Source of the DNA: Pavona decussata
Taxonomy: Eukaryota
DNA: 64,000 nt
Direction: 5' to 3'
Assembly (NCBI GenBank): GCA_977016875.1
Contig: CDRNST010000006.1
Coordinates: 4,402,001-4,466,000, forward strand
The notes under the pieces were generated by a model. That model saw only the letters and a program-made list of their open reading frames with translations, was not told the DNA's origin and did not search any database. The position numbers and the translations under genes are program-made. Shown piece after piece: positions 24,291 to 35,803 of this stretch. The number at the start of each line of letters is the position of its first letter. The first letter of the stretch is position 1.

Positions 24291-27200
24291 TTGTTGACAA
24301 TTGCTCAGAACACGGCTATGTTGAATCTGAAACCAACATCCGCGCATGCTCTTTTGCGAAAGTTACTGAGATCGAGGCTGTATCATACATTAACATGATT
24401 ATGCATTTGGTTCGGCCCATGTGAAGATCGGCGTTTGACCCAAAGTCGATCTTCAGCCATTCTTCATGCCTGAACCAGGCATGAAGAACGGCTCAGCTGA
24501 TCCGAATAAAATTACCCGAACTTAACTGGCTAAAACTTCCGCCGAACTTCACAGGAACTTAACTCATGTTAATTGGTTGAATTGAGTTTGGCTCATGTGA
24601 AGTACGGCATTTAACCCGGGCCTTATTCTTGACTTTGGTGGGACAGCTCTAGTGAGTCAAGTTGGGGAAACCATGGGCGGTCCTTCCCTAACAACATTAT
24701 ACGAAACTGTTCTGTTGCCATATGCTATCCCACAATATCTCGAGTCGTCTTCGTTTTCGCGGGCTCAAGCCTTTCTAGATCGCCTTGGTATACTAGGGCC
24801 ATTCATTCCAGCTGTTGATGCGACACCAGTAATACCAGCTTTAAAAGTGCGCCGCAACAGGGTTTATGGCATTGCTAAAGAAGGTGAAGTTATTTTACAC
24901 ACAGTAGAACATATTAAAATATCTGGAGATAAATCACTTTCAAAAACTAAACTTGTTATTGCGTTTGTATTGGCCCCGGTCTACATATCCAATTCCTTTT
25001 ATGTTCTTGCATTAAGCCCAGTCAAGGAAGGTGAGACCTCAGAAACAGTTGCTTACTGGTATAAGGAAGCAGTTTGAATGGATTTGGACAACAACGTTCA
25101 TATTATCGGTATTGGAGCTGACAGGGACTCAAAATTCAGAAAGTTCTTTCTAGACAAATGCGCCAAAGGAAAGGATCAGAACAATGGATTAACCCTTGAT
25201 TATGAAGGTTTCGATTTTTCCCCTGAAACAAAACAATATGATACACAGTTATCCACCATGTCATGCAACCTGACTGGAGGCACCTGATTAAAAAATGGGG
25301 GAACCAGCTTTTAAACACCAAAAAGCTTCTACTGATGTGGAAAAGTGTCGTCCAAATTGAGTACCTAATGAAAATCTATGAAACATACAAATTAGTATCG
25401 GGGTTATGGAAGTCAGACGTATTTTTTCCGCGACAAACAAAATGTTGATGTGGCCAAGAGAATTCTAAACCCTGTCGTTTTTGAGTGTCTAAACAAGTCC
25501 AATGATGCATTTACTAAAGGGTTGAGAGTTTATCTGTCGGTTGGTTCGTCTTTGTTTCGTTGCTCTACAGATAAATCATTATCGCCGAGGGAAAGGGTAA
25601 ACCTAGCTTGGAAACCAGTTATCTTTTTGCAACTTTGGAAAACATGGGTCTTTCACGAAAAGTACAATCCAAACGCGCACTTTGTATCAAACCAAGACGT
25701 ATACTGATGTGATTATGCTAGAATATACTAGTGTTTGCAAAGTATTTCCCAGATGTGCCATTTTGCCTCTGGTTTTTTTTGTTCGGATTCTTGCAAAGTT
25801 CTCTTCTCTTATCTCATTACAACTTCACAGTGATTAAAGTGTGTACCCCAAATTTGGGGGTTGTTAAGTATTCATATATCATATTTAAGCTATTGTTCTC
25901 TCTTTTGTCGAACAATTTCCGACAATAAGGCTTGTTTCCGAAGATCGCAAACTCTTTGAAGAAGGTGAGATATTTTATCTTTCCCCGGGGAAGCTAGAGA
26001 AATGAAACACCATGATCACATCGACTCCCAACGCACCGCTTCAGGATCGAGATTTTTAAAAACAACTTCCCGTTCCTGCAAACTAACGAACAATCAATAA
26101 ACAAATCCGTTCTCTAAAGGGATAAACGGATTTGCTGATTTGTTTAAAGCATTCTATAAAAGATTCTCGCTTTTCGGCTGAAAATTACTTAGAGAATTAC
26201 TGTATATAAAATGTAAATAACGTCAAAAAGAGTGTGGTACGTAGGCCAAAGAGCTAATGTTATTGCTTGTCAATGCGTCATTAAGTATAATCAGAACGCG
26301 ACTTCCACGCTGCGTTTCCCTGTTTGCTTTTTTTATTCCTTTTTTGGTTTGATATTTTAGAATCTCTTTGCTAGGAGCAAGTATTTTAGAAACATTAACT
26401 TAATTATGAACCATGTCTTCACTCGTAATAAACAAAGCGCCCAACATCAAATGCCGGTTTCCCGACAGTGAATTATAATTACAACTTTTTTCACAGTTCC
26501 CCCTTTTCACACTTTCTTTAGGGAATACAAATCAATGCTTTAGCTTTATCGTGAAAAAAGTTTCATTAAACAGATGGTATTGACTTCCACACAGTACACA
26601 TGTCGGATCGGCGGGGAAGATGATCATGCCATGCACAAATTTAATTAAACAGAATAACTTCGCCGTTCTAAGCACTGCTTGATGAAAAATATTGAAACTC
26701 AACTTACAGTGATCAAAAGACCACATTTGAGATCTCTTTTTAAAGCTTTTAAAAGACTATTCGTTCATTGATATAAATAACAGCTTAAAATATTTTGTGA
26801 AATACTCAAAACCATCAAATGTCTGCAGTGATTCCTCAGAGTTTCTCCAAATGGATTGGTTGGCCATTTATATGGTCCTGTAGGTAAGCATGTGCTTTAT
26901 ATTTAATACCCATTGAAGGCATCACCTCAGACGCATGGACTATTCTTTTTGCCTTTTACAGAAGGAAGGATGCACGATGCTAGAATGCTGGCAGTTTCTC
27001 ATTTGTATGATGATTTGGAAAATTTTGCATTTTGCCCCGCTGGAAGGGAAATGTGTTTATATGGTGACCCGGCTTACCCCCTCCGGGTCCACCTCCAAGC
27101 CCCGTTCCGAGTTGGGATTTTAATCAAACAAATGGAGATTTTCAAAGAGTCTATGAGTGCAGTACGTGCGTGTATCACCGCTAAATGTAATAATAACGCT

Positions 27201-27647
27201 AAATGTAATACCAACCGTAAATGTAACACACATTAACGCTAAATGTAATACCAACTGTAAATGTAATACATTTGAGCACTAAATGTAATAAACTACGCAA
27301 TGGTAAATGTAATGGAATATTTGGCACAAATAGGATTTTTATGTTCCATGCCGATTCACGTGTATTATCTTAAGTTGTAGGCTACCTTTCATCTGATCTC
27401 TTATGTAACAATATCTTTGCCATTTGGAAATCATTTTTCCATTAATTGAATCTTAAGTTACAATTCCATATACATTTTATCTGGTATATTATCTCGGAGA
27501 GGCCCAGTCAGGCGCCAAGGATGGGCCACGTTATATCCCCATCTGGCTATGTTTCCACTGCCATTCTGACTTGACGTCCGACAAGTGCAGTTTTCATTTC
27601 AGGTACGTTGTTTTGTTTTTCTATATATTCTACGTTGACTCGTGAAA

Positions 27648-28229
27648 TGGGGAGCATTCCCAAAGTTCTCATTCTCAGTCATTCTTTTGTAAAACGCCTA
27701 AAAAATGATCTGGATAACAACTTTGATGTTCGGGCCACAAGTACCTTTGGTCTTGTTAGCACTGCCGAGGTTCATTTATACGGGATTGGTGGACGCACAG
27801 TTGAAAAAATAAAATCTTATGATTTGCCAGTGGTTCGCCAACTCATGCCAGAAATCATCATTTTAGAAGTCGGCACAAATGATTTGACCTCAGTCGCTCC
27901 CGAAATTATTGGTTCTTCTATCGAAGATCTTGTTGTGACTTTAAAATGTATTTCTTCGGTTGCGGTGGTGTGTGTTTGCCATGTTATACCACGTGGCGAA
28001 TCAACGCCTCGTTCCCTGTTTTTTCTGGGACCGCGCTAGGGTTCTTGAGCAATACCTTGATGTTGTGCTGGACCCTTTAGAGTGTGTCTTCCCTTGGCGC
28101 CACAAGGCTTTTACAAGAGCGGACCAAGATTTTTATTTGAGGGATGGAGTCCACCTTAATGCCCAAGTCCAATACTTGTTGTACCGCAGTTATCGCTGTG
28201 CTATTTTAAAGGCCTTAAGCTACTTGTAA
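27648..28229 (+). pseudogene. SGNH/GDSL hydrolase ORF of the Ngaro element (frameshift near 28020)
   Basis: Block I VLILSHSF, block II GIGG, block III EVGTNDL, block V DGVHLN. Confidence 0.85.
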
Positions 28230-28553
28230 ATACTTAGTTCTGAAGGCAGATGACTAGTTCGATTTGTTCAACTTTGTTCATGCTGGCTTTTTCTATTGTC
28301 AGCTGGTTTTTGTGTTACATTGTTTGATGAGGGCGGTTTGGCCTTCAATTTCTGTAAGGACGAGTGGTTTGTTTTAACTTCGTCCTCGTTCACTTTTTAG
28401 TGTCGTAGGGACAGGCCGCGAATTGCGTCGACCATTTTGGTCTGACATGGCTTGGTCCCTTGGTTTACTTCTATTGATTTGCCGTCAACACTTTGTGTTC
28501 CCCCCCCCCCCCTGTCATTTGTCTTCCGTTTCTTTATTTCTCTTAGGTTCATT

Positions 28554-29659
28554 ATGCCTCGCGTATCAGCTAGACTTCAAGGTAAATGCTCTCAGAGTGA
28601 GGTGGTGAATAGAGCTGCACCTAAACAGTCCCGGCAAAATGAGACACCGGGTCGACCACACAGCGCTAATAGTGCAATTAGCACCAGCAACCTTCCGTCA
28701 ACGTCATTTACCGATGACATGATTTCACGCTTGGCTAACGCCGTCACGCAACGCCTTCAACAGGAGCAGTCCCTGCCTTTGTCATCAACACCTTTGTCGA
28801 CTAATACCTTTGTCAGGGAGATACCTGCAGCATCTCCTTCCATTCCTCCATGTCCGCCAAGTACTTCCATTCCCAGTTTGGAAAGTGCCGTGCAATCTTC
28901 AGTTGTGGCCACCCAACCAGCATTCTCACCAGGTGAGCCATCTGATCCTTTCATCTCCTCGAGTCTGTCTATTGACGCTCACGTTTTTGCGAAAAGATCC
29001 ATACCAAAATCTGGAACCACGAATATGTTGACTTTGGTTCCCTTCTCGTTAAGCCGGCTACGCAGAGTCGTTATCGAGTAACTGTTAGTAGCACTGAATC
29101 GGGTCAGCCTCCTTCGCTTTGTTTGGAATCGGCTGAGAAACCACGGAAGATTCCTTCTATTGAATCCTGGTTGAGCGCTTTTCATGTATTTGTCGGGGTT
29201 TATACTATGAAATACCCCACTGAGTCTCCCGCTCTTTTGAAATATGGTTCCATTATTCATGACTTGGCAGCCAGGGGTCACAATTGGTGCTTCTATGACG
29301 AGAATTTTCGGTTTATTCGTCAGTCCCATGTTTCTTCACTCCCCTGGGGCACGATTCATAGTGAGTTGTGGCTTCGATCGCATTCTAGCACCTCAGCCAG
29401 CAAATCACCCGCATTCGGGATTACATCGGGTCCTAGAGGGAAGGCCGATCGTGGAATTCCCTGCGGTTTTTGCTTCAAATTTCATCGTGGTTTGGTTTGC
29501 TCCGGCTGCGATTACAAACATACCTGCTTTAAGTGTAATGGTGATCACGTAGGCACAACTTGTAATTTTCGTGCCTCAGGGAGTAACTCAAGCCAGCCCG
29601 CCAACAAACAACCCCTGTCTGCCAAAGCAAAACCTACCAACCCCAGTTCGAGCCGATAG
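28554..29659 (+). pseudogene. Ngaro gag-like ORF1 (frameshifted)
   Basis: S/P-rich N-terminus; SIESWLSAFHVFVGVY..LLKYGSIIHDLA..WCFYDENFR; C-terminal zinc finger CFKFHRG..CSGCDYKHTCFKCNGDH. Confidence 0.85.
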
Positions 29660-31186
29660 ATTCATTTTCCTTCTTGACGGGTATGACCATTCGACTGTCG
29701 GGTTCTTAAGGTTTGGTTTTACTGACGGGTTTCCAATTCATTTCAAGGGTGATTTTACTGCCATTGATTCTAAAAATTTGGCTTCGGCCATCCAACAGCT
29801 CTCTGTCGTTGAGGCAAACCTTTTTAAAGAAATAGAGGCCGGCAGAATAGCAGGTCCTTTTTTAGCTCCTCCGTTTGCACAATTTCGCGTTTCCCCTGTC
29901 GGGGTTGTTCCAAAGAAAGTCCCCGGTGAATTTCGATTAATTCACCATTTGTCCTACCCCAAGGGATTGTCGGTCAACAACGGCATTCCCAACGTTAATA
30001 CCTCAGTTTCCTACGCTAATATCAAGGATGCTATCCGATTCATTAAGAAAGCAGGTCCCGGTTGTTTTGTTGCAAAAACGGACGTACAAAGTGCTTTTCG
30101 CATAATACCGATTAACCCTAAAGATTACCACCTACTCCGAATACGTTGGAATGGCCTTTATTTCTATGACTGTTGTATGCTTATGGGTTGTTCCAGTTCG
30201 TGTCGGACATTCGAAACCTTGAGCACGGCAGTTGAATGGATTGCCTGTACTAAGATGAATATAGACTTATCATAGCTCCCTCTTATGAGTCCTGTTCACA
30301 ACAACTGGACTTATTTCTGCGCCTATGTTCTTATTTGGGCATCCCCATGGCACTGCAAAAAATAGTTGGTGCATCGACCACTTTATCTTTTGCAGGTATT
30401 GAGTTGGATTCTATCTCTATGGCGGCCCGACTGTCTCATGTCAAAATTCAAAAGTGCACTACTTTAATTTCTCAATTCCTTCGGCGTAAAAAGGTTACAT
30501 TAACGGAACTCCAATCTCTCATTGGTTTGTTAAACTTCGCTTGTGCTGTAGTTAAACCGGGTCGTGCCTTTCTGAGGCGATTGAGCGATCTTACGATTGG
30601 CATATGTTCAGCCCATCATCTTATTCGCCTCACTAGTGAGGCTAAAGCGGATCTACGACTCTGGCTCTCTTTTTTATCCCAATTTAATTGCCAATCTTTC
30701 TTTTTAAATGACAAGTGGCTTAACTCGCGCAAGTTGAACTTATTTACAGATGCTTCCGGTGCTTTAGGTTTTGGTGCTATTTTCGGCAACCACTGGTACT
30801 ATGGGCGATGGCCAAATGAGTGGGCTTACACGAATATTGCAATTTTAGAATTTTATCCCATTGTCTTAAGTCTGTTCCTGTGGGGTCATGAGATGCAGAA
30901 CCGATGTGTGTTATTTGTTACCGATAATGAAGCTCTCGTGCATATCATAAACAAGCAGTCTTGTCGAGATAAGAGGTTAATGTCCTTTGTCCGTAAACTC
31001 GTTCTCATTTGCTTACGTAACAACATTGTGTTTAAAACGAAGCACGTACCCGGTTCACGCAATGTCTTAGCGGACGCTTTATCTCGCTTACAGGTTCAGA
31101 TTTTTCATCGGCTGGCACCATCTTCTATGGACAACTTGCCGACAGACATTCCTCTGCCTTTGCTGCCCCAGAATTGGCAGCCATAG
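29571..31186 (+). pseudogene. Ngaro RT/RNase H ORF (catalytic xxDD motif deleted near 30265)
   Basis: SPVGVVPKK..FRLIHHLSYP..AKTDVQSAFRIIP..MGCSSSC; RNase H LFTDASG..ILEFYPI..TDNEAL..HVPGSRNVLADALSR. Confidence 0.92.
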
Positions 31187-32093
31187 TTACTCAACTGATT
31201 CAGTCAAGCCTTCAACCTTCCTCTTTGCCTACCTACAAGCGTGCTTGGAAATTATTTTACGATTTTTTCCACACTTTTTTTCCAGGGGTTCCAGTCAATC
31301 TTCCTATTTCAGCGCCGCATTTGGCGCTGTTTATTGCCTATTTATTCGATCATAATTATGCCGCCTCAATGGCCAATACCTACATTTCGGCTCTCAGCTA
31401 TTCCCATAAGCTGTCAAGCCTTCCAGATCCTACAAAGGTATTTTTATCATTCAAATGCTTAAAGGTTATGGCAAGCTAGGCTCAGGTTTTTACGGCCGAT
31501 TACCTATTACCCTCCCTATTCTCCACAAGATTTTGTGTTTGGCTCCTGATCTCTCCCTGTCTCGTTACGAGTTGTGTTTATTTCGGGCAATGTGCTGCCT
31601 TGCTTTTTACGCTTTCCTGCGTGTGGGCGAAATGGCAGTAACTAATAACAACACCTCCATCTTATCTATAGATAACATCGCTAAGCTACTTAATGCTGAT
31701 AACCATGTTGTGTCTCTCAAGGTCACATTCCTGACTTATTAGCGCAGCTACAACCAGCCCCCCTTTTCACTGGTCATAGGGCGCCAATCTTTATTTTGCC
31801 CCGTACAATTCCTTCTTGATTACTTGAACTGTAGAGGCACTTCTCCAGGTCCACTTTTCATTGTTGGTGGGCATCCAGTGCCCAGGCGCTATTTTTGCGG
31901 CCTGCTTGCCATGGCTATTAAGCGTTGCGGTCTCAACCCGGCGCGTTACAAAGGTGATAGTTTTCGAATCGGTGCTGCTTCTCACACGGCTGAGAGAAGA
32001 ATGTCTGACGCGCAAATTCGAGTTTTGGGAAGATGGCAGTCCAATGCCTTCTTGCGTTACATAAGGATTCCATCCCTCTCCTCTATTTCATAG
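31174..32093 (+). pseudogene. Ngaro tyrosine recombinase (frameshift, stop, His>Asp in HSFR)
   Basis: RLPIT..AFYAFLRVGEM..YKGDSFRIGAAS..IRVLGRWQSNAFLRYIR. Confidence 0.92.
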
Positions 32094-34221
32094 CCTATTT
32101 TTCCGGCGCACAGGACTGACTAGCAAGGGCGGCAGTCTTTATAGTGTCAGCCTATTTTTCCGGCGCACAGGACTGACTAGCAAGGGCGGCAGTCATTTTT
32201 GTGTCGGACATTTTATCTTTTTATATCTACTTCTCTTCTTTCATTACTTATGTAAGCTTTACACGTTCAGTTTTCATGTGCGGATCTGACTGGCAAGGGC
32301 GGCAGTTCCTTACATTTGCTGTACTATAATCTTGTATCTATATTTTTGTGATCCGCAAGGGCGGTGTTTTGGTTTCTACTTTTGTTCCATGCTGCATTTC
32401 CCTCGGGTGGGGCAGCATCATTATCCTAATGATGCTTGTGGCGTTTTGTTTGCCCTCACCTTTACTGGTCCAGTTAGCATATACTCGTAAATAAATTGTT
32501 ATTGATAAACATTGTCATTTTTCTATTAGAAGCGGCTTTGGGGAATTCCCCATAGCCATTAACTCCATGATGTGGTGATTGATTGTTATCTGTCCAGTAA
32601 ACGAGCTCGGTCAATGCAGCACTGAACAAATAGCATTAACTTATAACCATGTTGATAACAAGGCATGAAAACATAAATGGAATATTTGGCACAAATAGGA
32701 TTTTTATGTTCCATGCCGATTCACGTGTATTATCTTAAGTTGTAAGCCACCTTTCATGTTATCTCTTATGTAACAATATCTTTGCCATTTGGAAATCATT
32801 TTTCCATTAATTAAATCTTAAGTTACAATTCCATATACATTTTATCTGGTATATTATCTCGGAGAGGCCCAGTCAGGCGCCAAGGATGGGCCACGTTATA
32901 TTCCCATCTGGCTATCTTTCCACTGCCATTCTGACTTGATGTCCGACAAGTGCAGTTTTCATTTGAAGGCCCGCCTCCTCCCCACGCCTTTCCCCAATTT
33001 CATTGATTGTAGTTATTTCGTGCGCGTTTTGTTTGCCCTCACCTTTACTGGTCCAGTTAGCATATACTGGTAAATAAATTGTTATCAATAAACATTGTTA
33101 TTTTTCTATTAAAAGCGGCTTTGGGGAATTCCCAATAGCCATTAACTCTATGACGTGGTGATTGATTGTTATCTGACCAGTAAATGAGCTCGGTCAATGC
33201 AGCACTGAACAAATAGCAATAACTTATAACCATGTTGATAACAAGGCATGAAAACATAAATACATTTTAACGCTAAATGTAATAAATTTATCAACCGTAA
33301 ATCTCATACAGCTTAACGCTAAATGTAATAACCGTGTCAACCTTTGAATAGGGCAAGGGATCCTTAACTTTTTATTGCTATTGTCGGTGGCTTTTTTGTG
33401 AGGTGAGCCATACAGAGGTCAGAATTAGGGGCAGAGTTTTCAGGACTTTGACAACTGACCTTATTATACGGTTTGACCGACTGTAATTTCAAGTTCCCAT
33501 TTAATGGGAAGGACTGAAAAAATGACGTCAATTGTGGTATATTTGCTGATTTACACATGCCAATATAATATAAAAAATGGTTTGACCCTTTCTTACCTTT
33601 TAAATTAAGAAAGGTTGACCCTCCCCAAGGCTCCCAATTTTTATGATGGCTCTCCCCTTTGAAGCCTCTCCTCCCCCTCCACCTTCCCCCCGCCCCAATG
33701 AAAAAAGGTACCTTCCCCAACATTTTCCTACTACTTGATTGATCTTAGATAGCACTGATGTTAACTCTTTTTAACATAGAGTACAAAAGGCTGACATGGT
33801 TATTACAGTTAGCGTTTAGTTGTATGACATTTACGGTGTGTAAATTTATTACATTTAGCGTTAAAATGTATTACATTTACATGTACGGCTGGGTAGTTTA
33901 TTACATTTAGTGTTAACTTTATTACATTTACAATTGGTATTACATTTAACATTGTTCTTACATTTAGCGGTGATACACGTGCGTCCATAGAATGGCTATT
34001 CTCAGACATCGTCAACTATTTTAAATTTCTGGATTTCAAGAAGAACTTGAAGATAGGCTTAAGCCAAGTTGGGAAGATGTACATCGTTTGTGCCATTTTA
34101 AGAAATGCGTTAACCTGCCTTTATTCAAACACAATGGCAGAATATTTTGGAGTTGACCCTCCAACATTGCATTACTATTTTAACTAACTGCGGCCTTAAT
34201 GTACCAAACTAGGGGATGATA

Positions 34222-34366
34222 CATCCTCGGAGACCCAGGGCAGTTAGTGGGGCCAAAGAAAAAGTGAAAAAGGGCGGGAAAAAATTTGATGAACTAAAGT
34301 ACGTTGAGTTTTTTCTCGCCCGTTTTGACTTTGGCTTCAGCCCCACTAACTGGGTCTTCGAGGATG
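34222..34366. mobile_element. 145-bp hairpin MITE with 9-bp TSD
   Basis: TIR CATCCTCGGAGACCC..AGTTAGTGGGG / CCCCACTAACTGGGTCTTCGAGGATG. Perfect TSD GGGATGATA at 34213-34221 and 34367-34375. Confidence 0.85.
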
Positions 34367-34608
34367 GGGATGATATCACCCAAATAGTTTGGTTATCAAA
34401 CATTCTAAATTTTAGTATCTTGCACGTTATTTGTATTGCTCAATTTACAAAATCCACACCGAAGAAATATGGTACAAGAAATGTTCTTTTTTAACCGAAC
34501 TGGTTTATTATCTTATACAAAGGGATTTGAAACTCCCCTATGAACTGGATTCAGGAGTTGTAATCTAAGGTATTTTTCTTAGAAGATCCTATGGACATGC
34601 ACCCTTAA

Positions 34609-35002
34609 AGGGACAGTAGCATGCTATTTTTAGTAACACATCGAACATTGGAAAGACGCTATTCAGTTGATAGCAGCCAAGATATAATGACAAAATTCCA
34701 TTGAAAGACTATCAGAATGCAGAGAAACTATCCAAGGATATTTTTGTCGGCAGATGACCAAGATAGAGGGGGGTTCAAATTTGAAAACGTCTGGCGGACG
34801 TTTTCAAATTTCGCTGTTGTAACGTACTAAAAATCGTTGGTTGTACTATATTTTGGTTCAACCTTTCGTGTTAGAATCACTAGTAACATTTCTTTAAATG
34901 AGCGATTCAGAAATTAATTAACAAAATGTTCAAAGTTTAAAGTTAGTGAATTTTGGCCAAAAATCACGATATCTCCCATCGATCTCCCATGATACTTACC
35001 CT
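34609..35002. mobile_element. TTAA-flanked Kolobok-like MITE
   Basis: TTAA|AGGGACAGTAGCATG ... CATGATACTTACCCT|TTAA (12/15 TIR match). Confidence 0.6.
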
Positions 35003-35803
35003 TTAATTCACAAATTTTGAACCGACAGCCTATTTGTTATTTGAGGTGGGGTGAGCTGTTTAAACAAAAATAAGGCTTCAAACAAAGGTTAGTTTAATGC
35101 AAAAAAGGAATCAAATAGTCCAATGGTATTTCCTGTCTTGTACATAAAATGTAGCTCTATTCTTGACTCATCCCCCTCTCTTTCCTTATTTTCAATTTTT
35201 CTCTTTTGGGGTCATCCAAAACATGAGGGGGTCCCTGTAAATGAAAACTCTCCAACCTGAATTAAAGTTTTTACTCAATTAGGCTAATTATAGGTTTCAG
35301 GTATAAAGGTCAGTTAATAAGTTCGATCTTAATTCATTGTTACTTCTGTACTCCTGTTAAAAGTAAAGTTTCTTCAATTTCCCGCAGGGAAGGGTCCTGC
35401 TAGAAATGCATATAGAAATGGAATAAATCTATTTGTTACACCAGTCAATGAAAATATAGTTTATTTTTTGGACACTGTAAATAAACAATCGCAAACGTTT
35501 ACATAAACCTCGATTTGAAACTAAACTGAATATCTTGGAAACTTGCCCTTCCACATTATGTGATGGCTCAATATCAAAATATTTTGTTTTGTTTTTGTTT
35601 GTGGCAACATTCCTTGTGAAGAAAAAAAAAACGGCAACTATTATTATGGTAATTAGGACTATGAAAAGTTTCCTGTTTGCCTTATCCAACAGTTCAGAAA
35701 ATGGAAGGAAAATATTAACATACACACCAGCAGAACTCCACAATAGAACACAACAGTTTCAACATTTCGTGAACCTGCAAATAAAAGAAGGCAATAAGAA
35801 CAG

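Larger units (their letters stand above)
19721..24622. mobile_element. Full-length but decayed PIF/Harbinger DNA transposon
   Basis: TIRs GGCCCGGGTTAAACGCCGTACTTCAC and GTGAAGTACGGCATTTAACCCGGGCC, flanked by TAA/TTA. Carries convergent HARBI1-like and Myb/SANT genes. Confidence 0.92.
19320..25800 (+). pseudogene. P-element-like DDE transposase pseudogene split by a Harbinger insertion (pieces 19320-19720 and 24623-25800)
   Basis: The halves rejoin as WSDSSKSLF..ILDFGG..MGGPSLTTLY. Downstream motifs are AVDAT, GIGADRD, QPDWRHLIKKWGN (D-x2-H), DKQNVD and LSPRERV..W..VIFLQLW. Confidence 0.6.
27311..33261 (+). mobile_element. Ngaro-type tyrosine-recombinase retrotransposon with split direct repeats (A1-ORFs-B1-A2-B2)
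   Basis: A1 27311-27599 matches A2 32676-32964 (8 differences by eye). B1 about 32441-32678 matches B2 about 33024-33261. ORF order is SGNH, gag, RT/RH, YR. AAT occurs at both host junctions and at the B1/A2 junction. Confidence 0.93.
27171..33977. mobile_element. Non-autonomous DNA transposon with AAATGTAATA subterminal arrays
   Basis: TIR TGTATCACCGCTAAATGTAA / TTACATTTAGCGGTGATACA. The TSD is CGTGCG (6 bp) or, equivalently parsed, ACGTGCGT (8 bp). Confidence 0.85.
26840..34185 (+). pseudogene. HARBI1-like transposase C-terminal half (intron 26884-26961; split at 27170/33978 by an insertion)
   Basis: SPNGLVGHLYGPV|EGRMHDARML..YGDPAYPL..MSAVRA | SIEWLFSDIVNYFKFLDFKKNLKIGLSQVGKMYIVCAILRNALTCLY. 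Confidence 0.9.

Noticed and set aside
31174-32093. Prophage integrase
   Set aside because: It overlaps RT/RNase H within split direct repeats, so it belongs to the Ngaro retrotransposon.
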